Of a stretch of DNA of 64,000 nt, positions 37,329-48,600 are shown in pieces. The stretch is taken from sequence record PQ330092.1. One strand, 5' to 3'. The position numbers were made by a program, and so were the translations under genes. How positions within the stretch are numbered: position 1 is the first letter of the stretch; every line of letters begins with the position of its first letter. The notes below the pieces were generated by a model, which searched no databases, was not told the origin of the DNA, and saw only the letters and a program-made list of their open reading frames with translations.

Positions 37329-38654
37329 ATGACTACTCAAAACGATATCCTGAACGTTAAACTGACTCCAAAGAAAGCTAAAGAAGCAATGGCACTAGCT
37401 GACATGATTCAAGATAGCCTGATGATTTGGGGTAGCCCAGGTATCGGTAAGTCTGCAATCGCTCGTCAATACGCTGATGAAAATTACCCACTGCGTAAAG
37501 ATAACGTAGCTAAAATCGAGTTCATGAAACAACAAATCGAAGCTGACCCTGAAAATGCTGATCAGCTACGCCGTGAACTGGCTGCATTTGAAGCAAAACT
37601 AATCGACCAAGATACTAACTTTATCGATTTCCGTTTGTCTCAAATCGAACCAAGTGACCTTCGCGGTATTCCAGTACCAGAGAAGCTTTTCCGTAAAACT
37701 GACGGTTCTCTTCTGAAAGAATCTGAGCTTGCCGAAGCAAAAGATTATGTAGCTGAAACTGCGGTAGTATGGGCTGCACCTAAAGTTCTGAAATTGTCCG
37801 AAGATTGGAAAGGTGTTATTCTGTTTGACGAAATTAACTCTGCAATGCCTATTGTTCAGGCAGCGTCTTATCAGCTAATCCTCGACCGTTGTGTTGGTGA
37901 GATGAAGCTACCTAAGACTGCACTGATTCTTGCAGCAGGTAACCGTGAAACTGATGGCGGTGTAACTTTCTCTCTTGCTACACCACTGCGTGACCGTATG
38001 ACTCACATTGAGATGATTCCTTATCATCAAGATTGGATTAACGATTATGCGATTGCAAAACGTTTGAACCCAGCAACTGTTGCGTTCATCAACAACACTG
38101 GTTCTAAGTACTTTAACACACTTAGTCCACAAGATCCTTCTCACAGTGGTGGTACTTCTCCACGTTCATGGGAAGCAGTAGCACGCTACGAAGATCTCAA
38201 GAAAACTAAGACAATTGATAAAGAAGTGTTCCGTGCAATGATTGCTGGTCGTGTTGGTGAAGGTGTTGCAACTGAATACATTGAGTACGTTGAGAACGTT
38301 GCTAAATTACCAGATACTATGTCTATTCTGTCTGGTGAAATCAAAGAAATCGACGCAACGCTGGATATTTCTGCGAACTACTTTATCACTCTGAACTTGG
38401 TTTATAAAATTATCGACCTGTTCAATGAGAAGCAAGAACAACGTCTACCAGTGGAAGAATGGGGTAAACTGTGTAACAACTTCATCACCTTCCTAGACCA
38501 TAACTTCTCTGCAACTCAAGCAGAACTGGCAGTACTGGCAATTCGTACCATCACGCTTCATAAGGTTGCGATTTCCATTAAAGATGTACCAGCGTTTAAA
38601 GATTTCATCGCTAAGTACTCTGATCTTGTACGTAAAGCACGCTCTCTTGGCTAA
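37329..38654 (+). CDS. MoxR-like AAA+ ATPase
   Basis: IWGSPGIGKS Walker A; ILFDEINSA Walker B; AAGNRETD; PLRDRM. Confidence 0.85.
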   Translation: MTTQNDILNVKLTPKKAKEAMALADMIQDSLMIWGSPGIGKSAIARQYADENYPLRKDNVAKIEFMKQQIEADPENADQLRRELAAFEAKLIDQDTNFIDFRLSQIEPSDLRGIPVPEKLFRKTDGSLLKESELAEAKDYVAETAVVWAAPKVLKLSEDWKGVILFDEINSAMPIVQAASYQLILDRCVGEMKLPKTALILAAGNRETDGGVTFSLATPLRDRMTHIEMIPYHQDWINDYAIAKRLNPATVAFINNTGSKYFNTLSPQDPSHSGGTSPRSWEAVARYEDLKKTKTIDKEVFRAMIAGRVGEGVATEYIEYVENVAKLPDTMSILSGEIKEIDATLDISANYFITLNLVYKIIDLFNEKQEQRLPVEEWGKLCNNFITFLDHNFSATQAELAVLAIRTITLHKVAISIKDVPAFKDFIAKYSDLVRKARSLG

Positions 38655-38668
38655 TTAACAAAGAGTTG

Positions 38669-38704
38669 TTGACAAGAAGGATGCCTAATGGTATCCTTCT
38701 TTTA
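38669..38704 (+). terminator. terminator overlapping a TTGACA-17-TATCCT promoter
   Basis: aagaaggatgc...gtatccttctt hairpin; TTGACA 38669-38674. Confidence 0.7.
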
Positions 38705-38728
38705 TCTTAACTAAACGAGGAAATATAC

Positions 38729-40153
38729 ATGTCAGATAACAAATCTACTTCAAGATTCAATGAAGTATCTCCGGCACTCCAGAAAGAATGTCAAGAACGT
38801 CTGGTTCTGGCTCGTACATCTTTGATGTTAACTGCACCATTCTTTGGTGTACTCGCTTCACGTTTACGTCCAGTTCCTAATAATACATGGTGTCGTACTC
38901 TAGCAGTGGATGGTAAACATCTATTCTACAACGTAGAATTTGTAATGGGCATTCAAGACCCATCTAAAAAGAAAGAATATGAAGAAGCTATTCGTGAAAA
39001 GCACCCTGAAGTTACAGACGAACAATTAAAAGAAATGACTGAAGGTTTGACTGATGAAAACCTTGTTGCTGTAATTTGTCATGAAATTCTACACTGTGCT
39101 TACGATCACTTCCTTCGTCGTGGTATGCGTGATCCACAACGTTATAACCGTGCAGCGGATTATGCCATTAACCAAATCATCGTTCGTGAGAAAATTGGGA
39201 AAATCCAAAGTTCATGGTTGTATGATAAAAAATATGAAGGCATGACCGCAGAAGAGATTTACATTCTTCTTGAAGAAGAAGAACAAAAAGAAGATGGTGA
39301 AGGTGAAGGTCAACCACAAAGTGGCGGCGGTGAAGGTGAAGGTAAAAATCGCGGTACTTTTGGCGATATTAAAGATGGTAAGGGTAAACCAAAAGGTACT
39401 ACCATTGACCAGCATGACGTTCCACAAGAAGGTCAAGAGGGTGGTTCAAGTGAACAGCAAAAACGTGATTACATGGATGATTTCAAAACAGCAATGATGA
39501 ATGCTGCTCGTGCAGGTGGTACACCAGCAGAAATCGCTCGTATGATTAACAACTTTAAAGAACCAAAGATTGACTGGCGTTCAAAACTTCAACGTACACT
39601 TCGTAGTTGGTTGAAGTCAGATGCAACATATCAAAATCCGAATCGTCGTTCTTGGGGTGCAGGTTTTGGTTCTAATGGTTCATTCTATGGTAATCCAATT
39701 TACCCAGGGATGAAACCAGATGATGATATTGATATTGCGATTGCACTAGATGCTTCTGGGTCTATTTCTGAAGATATGCTTCGTGATTTCATTAGTGAAG
39801 TTCTTGGCATCACTAAACAATTCAAACAGTTTAAGATTCGTATCATGACTTTTGATACTGAAGTTTATACTGTAAAGGATTACAAAACTGGCGAAGAACG
39901 TAAGATTCTGGAATATCCAGTAAAAGGTGGTGGTGGTACTGACTTTGAAGCAGTATGGGTTCATATGAAGAACGACAACTACAAGCCTAAACAGCTTGTA
40001 ATGTTTACTGATGGTGAACCGTGGCAGTCATGGGGTGATCCAAACTACTGTAAAACACTGTTCGTGATTCACAGTAACCCAAATAAAGTTGCACCATTTG
40101 GTGAGACTGTACACTACGAATATGAAGCTGATAAAAAGCGTCAACGTAGTTAA
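38729..40153 (+). CDS. metallopeptidase-like plus vWA domain protein (DUF2201-type), partner of the AAA ATPase
   Basis: TLAVDG, HEILH (HExxH), N.AADYAIN; MIDAS DASGSIS; GGGGTDF; FTDG. Confidence 0.85.
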   Translation: MSDNKSTSRFNEVSPALQKECQERLVLARTSLMLTAPFFGVLASRLRPVPNNTWCRTLAVDGKHLFYNVEFVMGIQDPSKKKEYEEAIREKHPEVTDEQLKEMTEGLTDENLVAVICHEILHCAYDHFLRRGMRDPQRYNRAADYAINQIIVREKIGKIQSSWLYDKKYEGMTAEEIYILLEEEEQKEDGEGEGQPQSGGGEGEGKNRGTFGDIKDGKGKPKGTTIDQHDVPQEGQEGGSSEQQKRDYMDDFKTAMMNAARAGGTPAEIARMINNFKEPKIDWRSKLQRTLRSWLKSDATYQNPNRRSWGAGFGSNGSFYGNPIYPGMKPDDDIDIAIALDASGSISEDMLRDFISEVLGITKQFKQFKIRIMTFDTEVYTVKDYKTGEERKILEYPVKGGGGTDFEAVWVHMKNDNYKPKQLVMFTDGEPWQSWGDPNYCKTLFVIHSNPNKVAPFGETVHYEYEADKKRQRS

Positions 40154-40165
40154 GTACTAAATAAT

Positions 40166-40195
40166 GAGAACGGAATTTTCCGTTCTCTTCTTTTA
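40166..40195 (+). terminator. Rho-independent terminator
   Basis: gagaacggaa-tt-ttccgttctc then ttctttt. Confidence 0.85.
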
Positions 40196-40199
40196 TAAG

Positions 40200-40228
40200 T
40201 GGGACAACTTATAAAAATATGATATAAT
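40200..40228 (+). promoter_or_regulatory. promoter of the TGGGACA-N16-TATAAT class
   Basis: TGGGACA 40200-40206; TGA-TATAAT ending 40228. Confidence 0.7.
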
Positions 40229-40247
40229 AGTTAATGTACCAATATAC

Positions 40248-40508
40248 ATGGAGAGTATTAAAATGGAACAAGAAAATAATCAAATTCAACTAACCCTTCT
40301 AGATCTAATCAATGCTGCAAAAATTATGGAAGCTGCTGTTGCACGAAACACCTTTAAAGTTGAAGAACTTGTCGAGGTTGCTCCAGTTGTATCTAAATTT
40401 GTTTCTTTTGCAAATGTCGCTCTTGAAGATATTAAAGCACAAGAAGATGCAGCTAAAGAAGAAGCTGAGTCACAAGATAGTGAAACTCAAGAAGATAAAG
40501 GAGAATAA
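40248..40508 (+). CDS. small acidic helical protein
   Basis: ORF track; GGAG suggests start at an internal ATG (MEQE). Confidence 0.7.
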   Translation: MESIKMEQENNQIQLTLLDLINAAKIMEAAVARNTFKVEELVEVAPVVSKFVSFANVALEDIKAQEDAAKEEAESQDSETQEDKGE

Positions 40509-40510
40509 TT

Positions 40511-41167
40511 ATGGCAGCTATTCGTCATGTTGGTGTAATGCGTAATACAGGTTCTCGTGTTTTTGTTGTTTGGCGTTCACTACCAGATGATCCTGAACAC
40601 TGCCTTATCGTTTATCGTGATTCACTACCAGAAGCATATGTTCACGCAGTAACTGATATTGTTATGGGTCATGGTCAATCTAATATTGATTTGTGGGAAG
40701 TAATGCATAAAATTGGTTATCTCGATGGACGCAAAATGCTAGATGTTCTACACAACATGCAGCATCTACGTCGCGTTCGTACTTGTGACATTGATATGCA
40801 CACTGGTGGTAATAATAAAATTTCTCTTGATGTTCTAAACAAAGCATTAGATGAAAATCAAGCGAAAGTACAAGAAGATGGTAAAGTAAAAGACTTTAAC
40901 CCATTCAATCCACAAGAAGCAGACACTAAAGTAGAAGAAGCTACTATTGTAGAAAAACTTCTCTCTGATGCACAAAAATATGAACAACTGGCTAAAGAAC
41001 ATTATGAACGTGCATACAATTTAGAACCAAGCTTGCGTCCGCAAACACAAGTTGTTGAACAACCGAAAGATAGTAAAACAATTTATCTAGAAATTCCAGA
41101 AGGTATTTCACAGACTAAAGCTATTGAGAAAGTAAAACAACTATTTGCAGAACGTAAAGCAAAATAA
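40511..41167 (+). CDS. hypothetical protein
   Basis: AGGAG SD; ORF track. Confidence 0.8.
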   Translation: MAAIRHVGVMRNTGSRVFVVWRSLPDDPEHCLIVYRDSLPEAYVHAVTDIVMGHGQSNIDLWEVMHKIGYLDGRKMLDVLHNMQHLRRVRTCDIDMHTGGNNKISLDVLNKALDENQAKVQEDGKVKDFNPFNPQEADTKVEEATIVEKLLSDAQKYEQLAKEHYERAYNLEPSLRPQTQVVEQPKDSKTIYLEIPEGISQTKAIEKVKQLFAERKAK

Positions 41168-41170
41168 AAT

Positions 41171-41764
41171 ATGAAAAAGAATGAATTAGATGAAGCAATT
41201 AAAGGTTTATCTAATGTATGTTTTAGTGGCGGGGCAGCAGGTGCTGACCGCCTTTTTTCTATCTATGCAAAAAATAATGGATTTGAAGTTATTAATTTTT
41301 CATTCAAAGGTCATGAGCATAGTGTAGATGAAAGTACTATATTAGAAATACCATCCAATATTCTATCTGATATTTCTATATTAAATCAACTAAACATTGC
41401 ATGTTACTCGTTGCAGCGAAAAGTACCAAAGCCTGGTTCTTATGTTTACAACTTACTTGCAAGGAATAGTTATCAGATACTTAATACAGAAAGAATATAT
41501 TGTATTGCAAATATCACATCACCAACTAAGGTAAGTGGTGGTACTGCATGGGCAGTACAGATGTATATGGATTCAGTTGAAAATCCTGAAATTTATTGTT
41601 ATGATATGAATTCACGTTCAGTATTTTATTTCGATACAGTACTGAAAGAGTTCACACAAACATTCGTCGTTCCAGCACCACATGGTAACTGGACTGGTAT
41701 TGGTTCACGCAATGCCACCGAAAAACATATGGAACATTTTATTACATTTTTCAAGGAAGAATAA
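41171..41764 (+). CDS. SLOG-superfamily-like nucleotide-binding protein
   Basis: CFSGGAAGAD, GGTAWAV, WTGIGSR motifs. Confidence 0.55.
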   Translation: MKKNELDEAIKGLSNVCFSGGAAGADRLFSIYAKNNGFEVINFSFKGHEHSVDESTILEIPSNILSDISILNQLNIACYSLQRKVPKPGSYVYNLLARNSYQILNTERIYCIANITSPTKVSGGTAWAVQMYMDSVENPEIYCYDMNSRSVFYFDTVLKEFTQTFVVPAPHGNWTGIGSRNATEKHMEHFITFFKEE

Positions 41765-42693
41765 TGAAACAACTACAAGAACTATATCAAAAAATTCTAG
41801 ATGAAGGCGTAGAAAGCGTTGACCGTACTGGTGTTGGAACAATCAAACTTATCGGTCAACAAATGCGTTTTGACCTTAAAGATGGTTTCCCAGCAGTGAC
41901 GACAAAACGTCTAGCTTGGAAAGCAATGACTTCAGAATTACTATGGTTTATTGAAGGTTCCCATGATGAGCGTCGCCTTTGTGAAATTTTGCATGGAACT
42001 CGTGATACAGAAAAGAAAACTATTTGGACAGATAATTACCTAAATCAAGGCGTTGCTCTTGGTTATACTGATGGTGAGTTAGGTCCAGTGTATGGTAAGC
42101 AATGGCGTGAATGGGAAGATTATAAATTTAGTTCCAGTACTGAAGAAATTCAAGAATTAAAAGATAAAGGATACAAAGTTATCGATTATACTGGTTCACA
42201 TGGTGTTGTTATGAAACGTACAACTGACCAATTACAGGAACTAATCAATGGTATAAATTCCGATCCATATGGTCGTCGCCATATTCTAAGTGCATGGAAC
42301 GTTGGTGAGCTTGATGATATGACGTTGCCACCTTGTCATAGCTTTGTACAATTTTGTGTAGTACAAGGGAAACTAAGCTGCATTCTACATCAAAGATCCG
42401 CTGATCTATTTTTGGGAGTTCCATTTAATATCAGTAGTTATTCACTACTAACTCATATGATTGCACAAATTACGGGTTTAGATGTTGGTGAATTTATTTG
42501 GAATGGTGGTGATTGCCACATTTATAAAAACCACGTTGAACAAGTAAAAGAACAACTACAGAGAAAACCTCGTGAATTACCTGAATTATGGCTTGATCCT
42601 ACAATTACTAATATTGAAGATTTCACAATGGATTCTTTCAAATTAGTGAATTACAATCCAATGCCAACAATTAAAGCACCGATGGCTGTATAA
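41764..42693 (+). CDS. thyA: thymidylate synthase
   Basis: ELLWFIEG; LGPVYGKQWR; LPPCH; QRSADLFLGVPFN; GDCHIYKNH; no intron. Confidence 0.95.
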   Translation: MKQLQELYQKILDEGVESVDRTGVGTIKLIGQQMRFDLKDGFPAVTTKRLAWKAMTSELLWFIEGSHDERRLCEILHGTRDTEKKTIWTDNYLNQGVALGYTDGELGPVYGKQWREWEDYKFSSSTEEIQELKDKGYKVIDYTGSHGVVMKRTTDQLQELINGINSDPYGRRHILSAWNVGELDDMTLPPCHSFVQFCVVQGKLSCILHQRSADLFLGVPFNISSYSLLTHMIAQITGLDVGEFIWNGGDCHIYKNHVEQVKEQLQRKPRELPELWLDPTITNIEDFTMDSFKLVNYNPMPTIKAPMAV

Positions 42694-42727
42694 AAGAAAA
42701 GGGAGAACTGATGTTCTCCCTTTTTTA
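42692..42727. terminator. bidirectional terminator between convergent operons
   Basis: A-tract, gggagaac-tgat-gttctccc, T-tract. Confidence 0.9.
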
Positions 42728-44692
42728 TTATCTAATTGTTACCAATGTTCTTCCGTCGAAACGTACATCAGGTGTTGAAGGTATACTGAACACTACGTTA
42801 GTGCCGTTAAACGTCACGCTATCGACCTCAACACGAGTATAGACACCAGGACTAACCTGTTCCTGTATCTCTGCTGTGACGATGTTTGAGGCTGTTACAG
42901 TAAGGGTGTAGTAGTTACCACTTAAGACCCAAGATGAAATGGTAAAAGCATCGGTTCTCACTGAACCTGAACCAATTGGAACCCATTGACCTTGAACTTT
43001 TTGCATTGAAGTACGCTCGGTATTGGAGTATGCAATCATACCATCAACGCCAACAGAGTTATCAATAGTAGCTAGTACTGGTAATTGAATACCATATCTG
43101 TTGAAACGTGTTCTTATGGTTCCATTATCATAGATACTTACATCAGCATAATTTCCCATTGATAGTTTTAAGTCGGAACTTACTAATTGTATTGTGCTTT
43201 GATTTGTAGTACTTTCTAAAGTAATAATACCATTAGCTAATAAGTTTATATTTTTAAATTTATTACTTGTTCCATTAAAATTTGTGTTTGCTGTAAAAGT
43301 ACTAACACCATTAACTGTAATGGTATCTGATGCAGCATCACCTAATGTGGTATTACCTTGAATGTTCAGATTACCACTAGCAGTTATATTACTAGCTGAT
43401 GTGTCCCCAGTTAATGTACTTGTACCATCAACAACAATATTACCATGAAACGCACTTTCGCCATTTTTAAATTCAACTTGAACTTTATTCATTGAACTAA
43501 ATGAAATAATATTACTACTAGCACTTAATCCTACATTAGTATTAGTTGCATTATCAAATCTGAGTACTGGTGTTGTTGCAGGTGTTGATGTTGATTGATA
43601 TAATGTTAGTGTTGAATTATTAATTCGAACACGTTCTGTACCAGCAGTACTGAACCCAATTGCGTCATCGGCTGGATGAAATATACCAGTATTAGCATCG
43701 GACCACTTCGCTGGGTCATTACCTGGGTTATTCGTTGGGTCAAACGGATTATTATTAAATGTCAATGCTGGTGCTGCTGCACTTCCATACACCACCCCAA
43801 AACGTCCAGAGCCGTCTGTTCCATCATTATACATAGAATCACCAGTTCTACGTAAACACTCAATCACAACGTTATCTATGGATGTTTGAACGGTCCCTGC
43901 GTTTGTCCTAAATTGACGATGATTTGCAATCATTACAGTATTGTCATATAATACTGAAGCAGCGGAAATGCTTGTTCTTGACTGGCGTAGACGTATGTTT
44001 TTATCTTCAGTTATAATAATCCAATCACCATCTGATAGTGCGGTTTGGTTCATTGGAACACCTGAAGCAAATGGTTTGGTTAAGTCAGCATCTGTTGCTA
44101 AATTTTTAAGACCATCATGACCAGTACTCGGAATAGATGCAGGAATAATTCTAGCGAAAGCGTATGTTACTAGTTTAGCACCAGATATATTTGGATTAGA
44201 GTCAACATAATATAAAATTTCAATCCAATTACCTTGTCCAGTTGGATTTGTGGGAGTAAATGTAACAGGACTTGTTTGTGGATTATTTGCTTCATAATGG
44301 GCTTGTGCGGCATCCATAATACCACGAACAACATAATAATCACCATTTAGTGATGCTGCTGGTGCTGGAAGTGGAGTTTGTGCTAAAGGTGGATCAATAT
44401 CATCTGGGATGGGATTATATGTACCAACAAATTGTAAACCACTAGTTACTGAATCTGGTAATTGGGAAGTAAGAAGTTTACCGTTTGCATCTAAGTTTGC
44501 AAAACGTCGATATGCCATAGTACCATCTTCAAAATCCAGAACACCTTCAAATGATTTCCATTCTTTATTGTATCTAATCATCCCTGATCTTATTACATCA
44601 GCGGTTTCTTTTGATGGTGCTTTAGGTAACTCTAAAAAAGATTTACTATCAATAATTACACCACCATCACCTCTAATTCGATTTATACTCAT
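42728..44692 (-). CDS. tail fibre/baseplate-associated structural protein
   Basis: G.IRYN..FEG; SAAAPALTF...TGIFHPADD.IGFST.GTER fibre-type motifs; TAAATA on minus strand at 44727-44732. Confidence 0.7.
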   Translation of the reverse strand: MSINRIRGDGGVIIDSKSFLELPKAPSKETADVIRSGMIRYNKEWKSFEGVLDFEDGTMAYRRFANLDANGKLLTSQLPDSVTSGLQFVGTYNPIPDDIDPPLAQTPLPAPAASLNGDYYVVRGIMDAAQAHYEANNPQTSPVTFTPTNPTGQGNWIEILYYVDSNPNISGAKLVTYAFARIIPASIPSTGHDGLKNLATDADLTKPFASGVPMNQTALSDGDWIIITEDKNIRLRQSRTSISAASVLYDNTVMIANHRQFRTNAGTVQTSIDNVVIECLRRTGDSMYNDGTDGSGRFGVVYGSAAAPALTFNNNPFDPTNNPGNDPAKWSDANTGIFHPADDAIGFSTAGTERVRINNSTLTLYQSTSTPATTPVLRFDNATNTNVGLSASSNIISFSSMNKVQVEFKNGESAFHGNIVVDGTSTLTGDTSASNITASGNLNIQGNTTLGDAASDTITVNGVSTFTANTNFNGTSNKFKNINLLANGIITLESTTNQSTIQLVSSDLKLSMGNYADVSIYDNGTIRTRFNRYGIQLPVLATIDNSVGVDGMIAYSNTERTSMQKVQGQWVPIGSGSVRTDAFTISSWVLSGNYYTLTVTASNIVTAEIQEQVSPGVYTRVEVDSVTFNGTNVVFSIPSTPDVRFDGRTLVTIR

Positions 44693-44777
44693 TTAAATAT
44701 TTCCTCAGAATAGATTATATATGATGTATTTATTTTAGTTAAAAGAAAAGGCCAACCATAGTTGACCTTTGTGTAAA

Positions 44778-45557
44778 TTAACGAATACGTTCAGGAATAT
44801 CAATACCTTCATATACCCAAATTGCAGCTTGTTGTGCTTTATAAATTGCATCAGGATCTAAGTTATCAACCGCATCAATTGCAGAACACTGTTTATCACA
44901 TTCGGTAAACAATTGCTCAATCATTGCAAATGCTTCAGTATATAGTTGAGTCATTTCAGCAGCAGATAATTTTACAATTGCATCATCAAGAAAAATAGAA
45001 ACACTTTCAGAGCCTGAAGTGACTTGTGTATAATAATTAAGAAGCATTTGACGACCAGACATATCAGTACTGTAACGATGACCGTTGAACATATAACCAG
45101 AATTCATACGATTTGTACGTTCTGATATAGTTCTTGCTTTTAAATCAGCCTTAACGTCTGCAATTGGCATATCAATATAATGATATGTTTTGAGAACAGT
45201 TAGTGCTTTATATTCTTCGGTAGCGTCTTCTAAAAATTCAACAATAGGTTGATTTTCATCTTTTAATTTAATAAACTCCAACGGTTGTTCAATAGCATTA
45301 ACATTTCCAACATTTTTATACACTAACCACCAAAAACCTTCTTCTTTTCTAACAGCATCATTAGGTTCTACTGGGGAACCATCTTTACTTGAAATACCAT
45401 AAAGAGTTCTAATATCACTATAAAGATAACGATAGGTTTGTGGATCTTCTGGTGTTGCACCAGGACGTTCTTTAAGTCCTTTTACACCAATTGGATTGGA
45501 AATAATGTTTCCCAATTCATAATTTTCTTTTGAATTTCCTTTCACATATGTGAACAT
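44778..45557 (-). CDS. tail fibre assembly/chaperone-like protein (DUF4376-like C-terminus)
   Basis: ER..R..SG..FNGH.YSTD..R..L motif; directly downstream of the giant fibre gene. Confidence 0.6.
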   Translation of the reverse strand: MFTYVKGNSKENYELGNIISNPIGVKGLKERPGATPEDPQTYRYLYSDIRTLYGISSKDGSPVEPNDAVRKEEGFWWLVYKNVGNVNAIEQPLEFIKLKDENQPIVEFLEDATEEYKALTVLKTYHYIDMPIADVKADLKARTISERTNRMNSGYMFNGHRYSTDMSGRQMLLNYYTQVTSGSESVSIFLDDAIVKLSAAEMTQLYTEAFAMIEQLFTECDKQCSAIDAVDNLDPDAIYKAQQAAIWVYEGIDIPERIR

Positions 45558-45621
45558 ATAACTACCTCACTTGTTATGATGGTGTCACCCAAAATGAGTG
45601 ACACCTTTATTATTATAATTA

Positions 45622-48600
45622 TTAAGCTGTACGTTGTGCAATAAACATATCTGCTACTGGACTCACACCGTCATAAATGACTTGGTAAATGGTCACACTA
45701 CCAGCAGTTTTGTTTAGAGTTCCATCAACAACCGCATAAGTACCGTCAGTAGTAAAGTTTCTATTACCTGTTGTATCTTGTTTCACATAAATGTATACTG
45801 AAGATGCTTTACCACCGCCGATTAGACCAGTGATTGGTGCTAGAGTTGTATCTTGATCTAGAGTGATAAAGTATACGTTGCTAGTACCGTCTGGGGTCCA
45901 AGTACCAGTTGGTGCGATAACAGAAGAAGTTACTTGATTAGGAATAACATCATATTTTTTAGTAGTTACTGTTGTAGTAGTCAAGTCAGCATTAGTAGTT
46001 GTTAATTGACCAGTTACAGTTACATCTTTATCAAATACTGCATTTTCTTTGAAAGAAGATGTTGCATTGACAGTTAATGTATCAGCAGCCGCGTCACCTA
46101 AAACAACACTACCATTTGCAGTCATTAATCCAGTAACAGTTAAAGTACCACCGATTGTTGCTGCTCCAGTAACAGATGCACTAGCAAGTGTTGCTGCACC
46201 AGAAGTAGTAATAGTAGTTACTGAAGTTGCTGCTAGGGTTGCAGTACCTGTTGCAGAAATATCACCACCAACAGTTAGGTTACCAGAAGTAATCCCAACG
46301 GTTCCAGTAATGTTAGCACCACTTGACATTGTTACTGCACCACCAAATGAACCAGTAGTAGTTACTTCAAGGGTGTTCCCTTTTAGCAGACCAGTTGCAG
46401 TAATACTTGTACCTGCGGTAATGCTAGTACCAGCAGCAACACTGTTGGTTGCAGTTAATGATTTAACAGCTACATCAGAGTTTGCTTGGTTTAGTGTTGC
46501 GTTTAGAACACCAGTTACTGTAAAGTTACCGTTGTTAACTACGTTACCATTGATTGTTAAGTTGTTGTTTTGTGAACCAACATCACCAATAGTTGCTGAT
46601 TTAGAAATCAACTCTGCACCAGAAGTAATATTACCCGCTGCACTAATAGTGTCAGCCGCAACAACTGCATAAGGTTCGATTGTTTGACCACTAACATCAA
46701 TATCAGCGTTGATACCACCATCTACACGCAAGGAACCAGCAATGTAAGTGTTAGGGAAAATCTGAACTGTTTCTGGTTGTTCACCGATCTTAGTACCAAT
46801 AATAACATTAGAACCAGTTTTCACTGCACCAGAAGTTGTTAGTGAACCTAAAGTTGCTGCACCAGTTACACCTAGTGTACCACCAATTGTTGCATTGTTA
46901 GTAACTGCTAATGCAGTTCCTTCACCATTAAGAGCGATTGATGGAGCAGTTGCTGCACCAGTTACACCTAGTGTACCACCAATTGTTGCATTACCATCTG
47001 AATGTAGTGTGGTTGCAACAGAAAGACTGTTTGCAACTACATCAGTACTAGCTAAATCCAATGCACCTGGCGTTAATGTACCAGTAATGTTAACATTATT
47101 ACCAAAGGTTGCTGCACCAGTTACATCTATTGTAGTACTAAATGTACCAGAAGTTGCAGATACCGCACCTGAATCTAGTGAACCGACAGTTGCCTTTCCA
47201 GTTACACCTAGTGTACCACCAATTGTTGCATTGTTAGTAACTGCTAATGCAGTTCCTTCACCATTAAGAGCGATTGATGGAGCAGTTGCTGCACCAGTTA
47301 CACCTAGTGTACCACCGATTGTTGCATTGCCGTTTGAATGTAGGGTTGTTGCAACAGAAAGACTGTTAGCATCTACATCAGTACTAGATAAATCCAATGC
47401 ACCTGGGGTTAACGTGCCAGTAATATTAACATTGTTACCAAATGTTGCTGCACCTGTTACACCTAGTGTAGTACTAAATGTACCAGAAGTTGCAGATATT
47501 GCACCTGAATCTAGTGAACCGACTGTTGCCTTTCCAGTTACATCTAAAGTACCACCAACTGTTCCATTTGTGGTTACTGCCAATGTACCAGTACTTAATT
47601 CTTGTGCAGTTACCTTACCGGATGCAGTAACAGTTGAAGTGGAAACACCACCAGTTAGAGTACTTGCACCAGTAACACTTAATGTGGTTGCAGCAGTTAC
47701 GCTATTCACGTTAAGATCAGCACCGGATAGGTCCAAACCACCTTCAGGAATAAATGCACCCTTAACAGTTAGTTTTTGTACAGTACTGTCACCAGTTACA
47801 TCTAGAGTAGATGCTGTAAGGCCACCATTCATACTAGCTGCACCAGTAACACCAAGGGTAGTAGTTACAGTTGCACTATTAAGGGTAGAGTCACCAGAAA
47901 TATTAGCACTTGGTGCGGTAATAGTTCCTGCATCAACTTGAATACCACCATCAACTACTTGAATACCACCAGTATTAACTGTTAGTTTACCACCAGTTGA
48001 CAATGTGTTTGAAACTGTAGTTGCACCAGTTAACGTTGTGGTTCCAGTAACGCCCAAGTTACCAGAAATAGATGGACTACCTGTAATGTTACCTGTAGTT
48101 AGAATCAAATCAGTACCTACAGTGGTAGAGCCAGTACTTTCTAGTGTTACACCGACGATGTTTGCAGAACTTAGGTCAATAGAACCATCAACAGTTAAGT
48201 TACCTTGAACGGTTGCATCACCTAGAGAAGTTAATGTCTTCACAGACACATCAGTTGTGCTAAGATCAATAACACCCGCAGTTAGTGTTCCAGATACTGC
48301 TAAATTACCAGTAATCGCGGTATTTTTAGTAATGGATACATTTTCTGCCGCTGAAGTAATAGAACCAACAGTAAGTACACCACCAACAGTTGCGTTATTA
48401 GTTACATTTAGAGCAGTTCCAACACCAGATAGTGTTGCTGACCCACCAGTAATTGCACCTGAGATTGAAGCTGTTGCTGCTGAAACATCACCAGAAACTA
48501 CTGCATTTGTTGCATTTAGAGCAGACACTGTAACTTCAGTACTTTGAACTTTAGGTAGAACGTTGATACCTTCTGCACTACTAACTGTAATAATACCAGT

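Noticed and set aside
41764-42693. Possible group I intron or hypermodification-type thymidylate synthase
   Set aside because: ORF is continuous, and the dUMP-specifying Asn (PFN) and catalytic PCH are canonical
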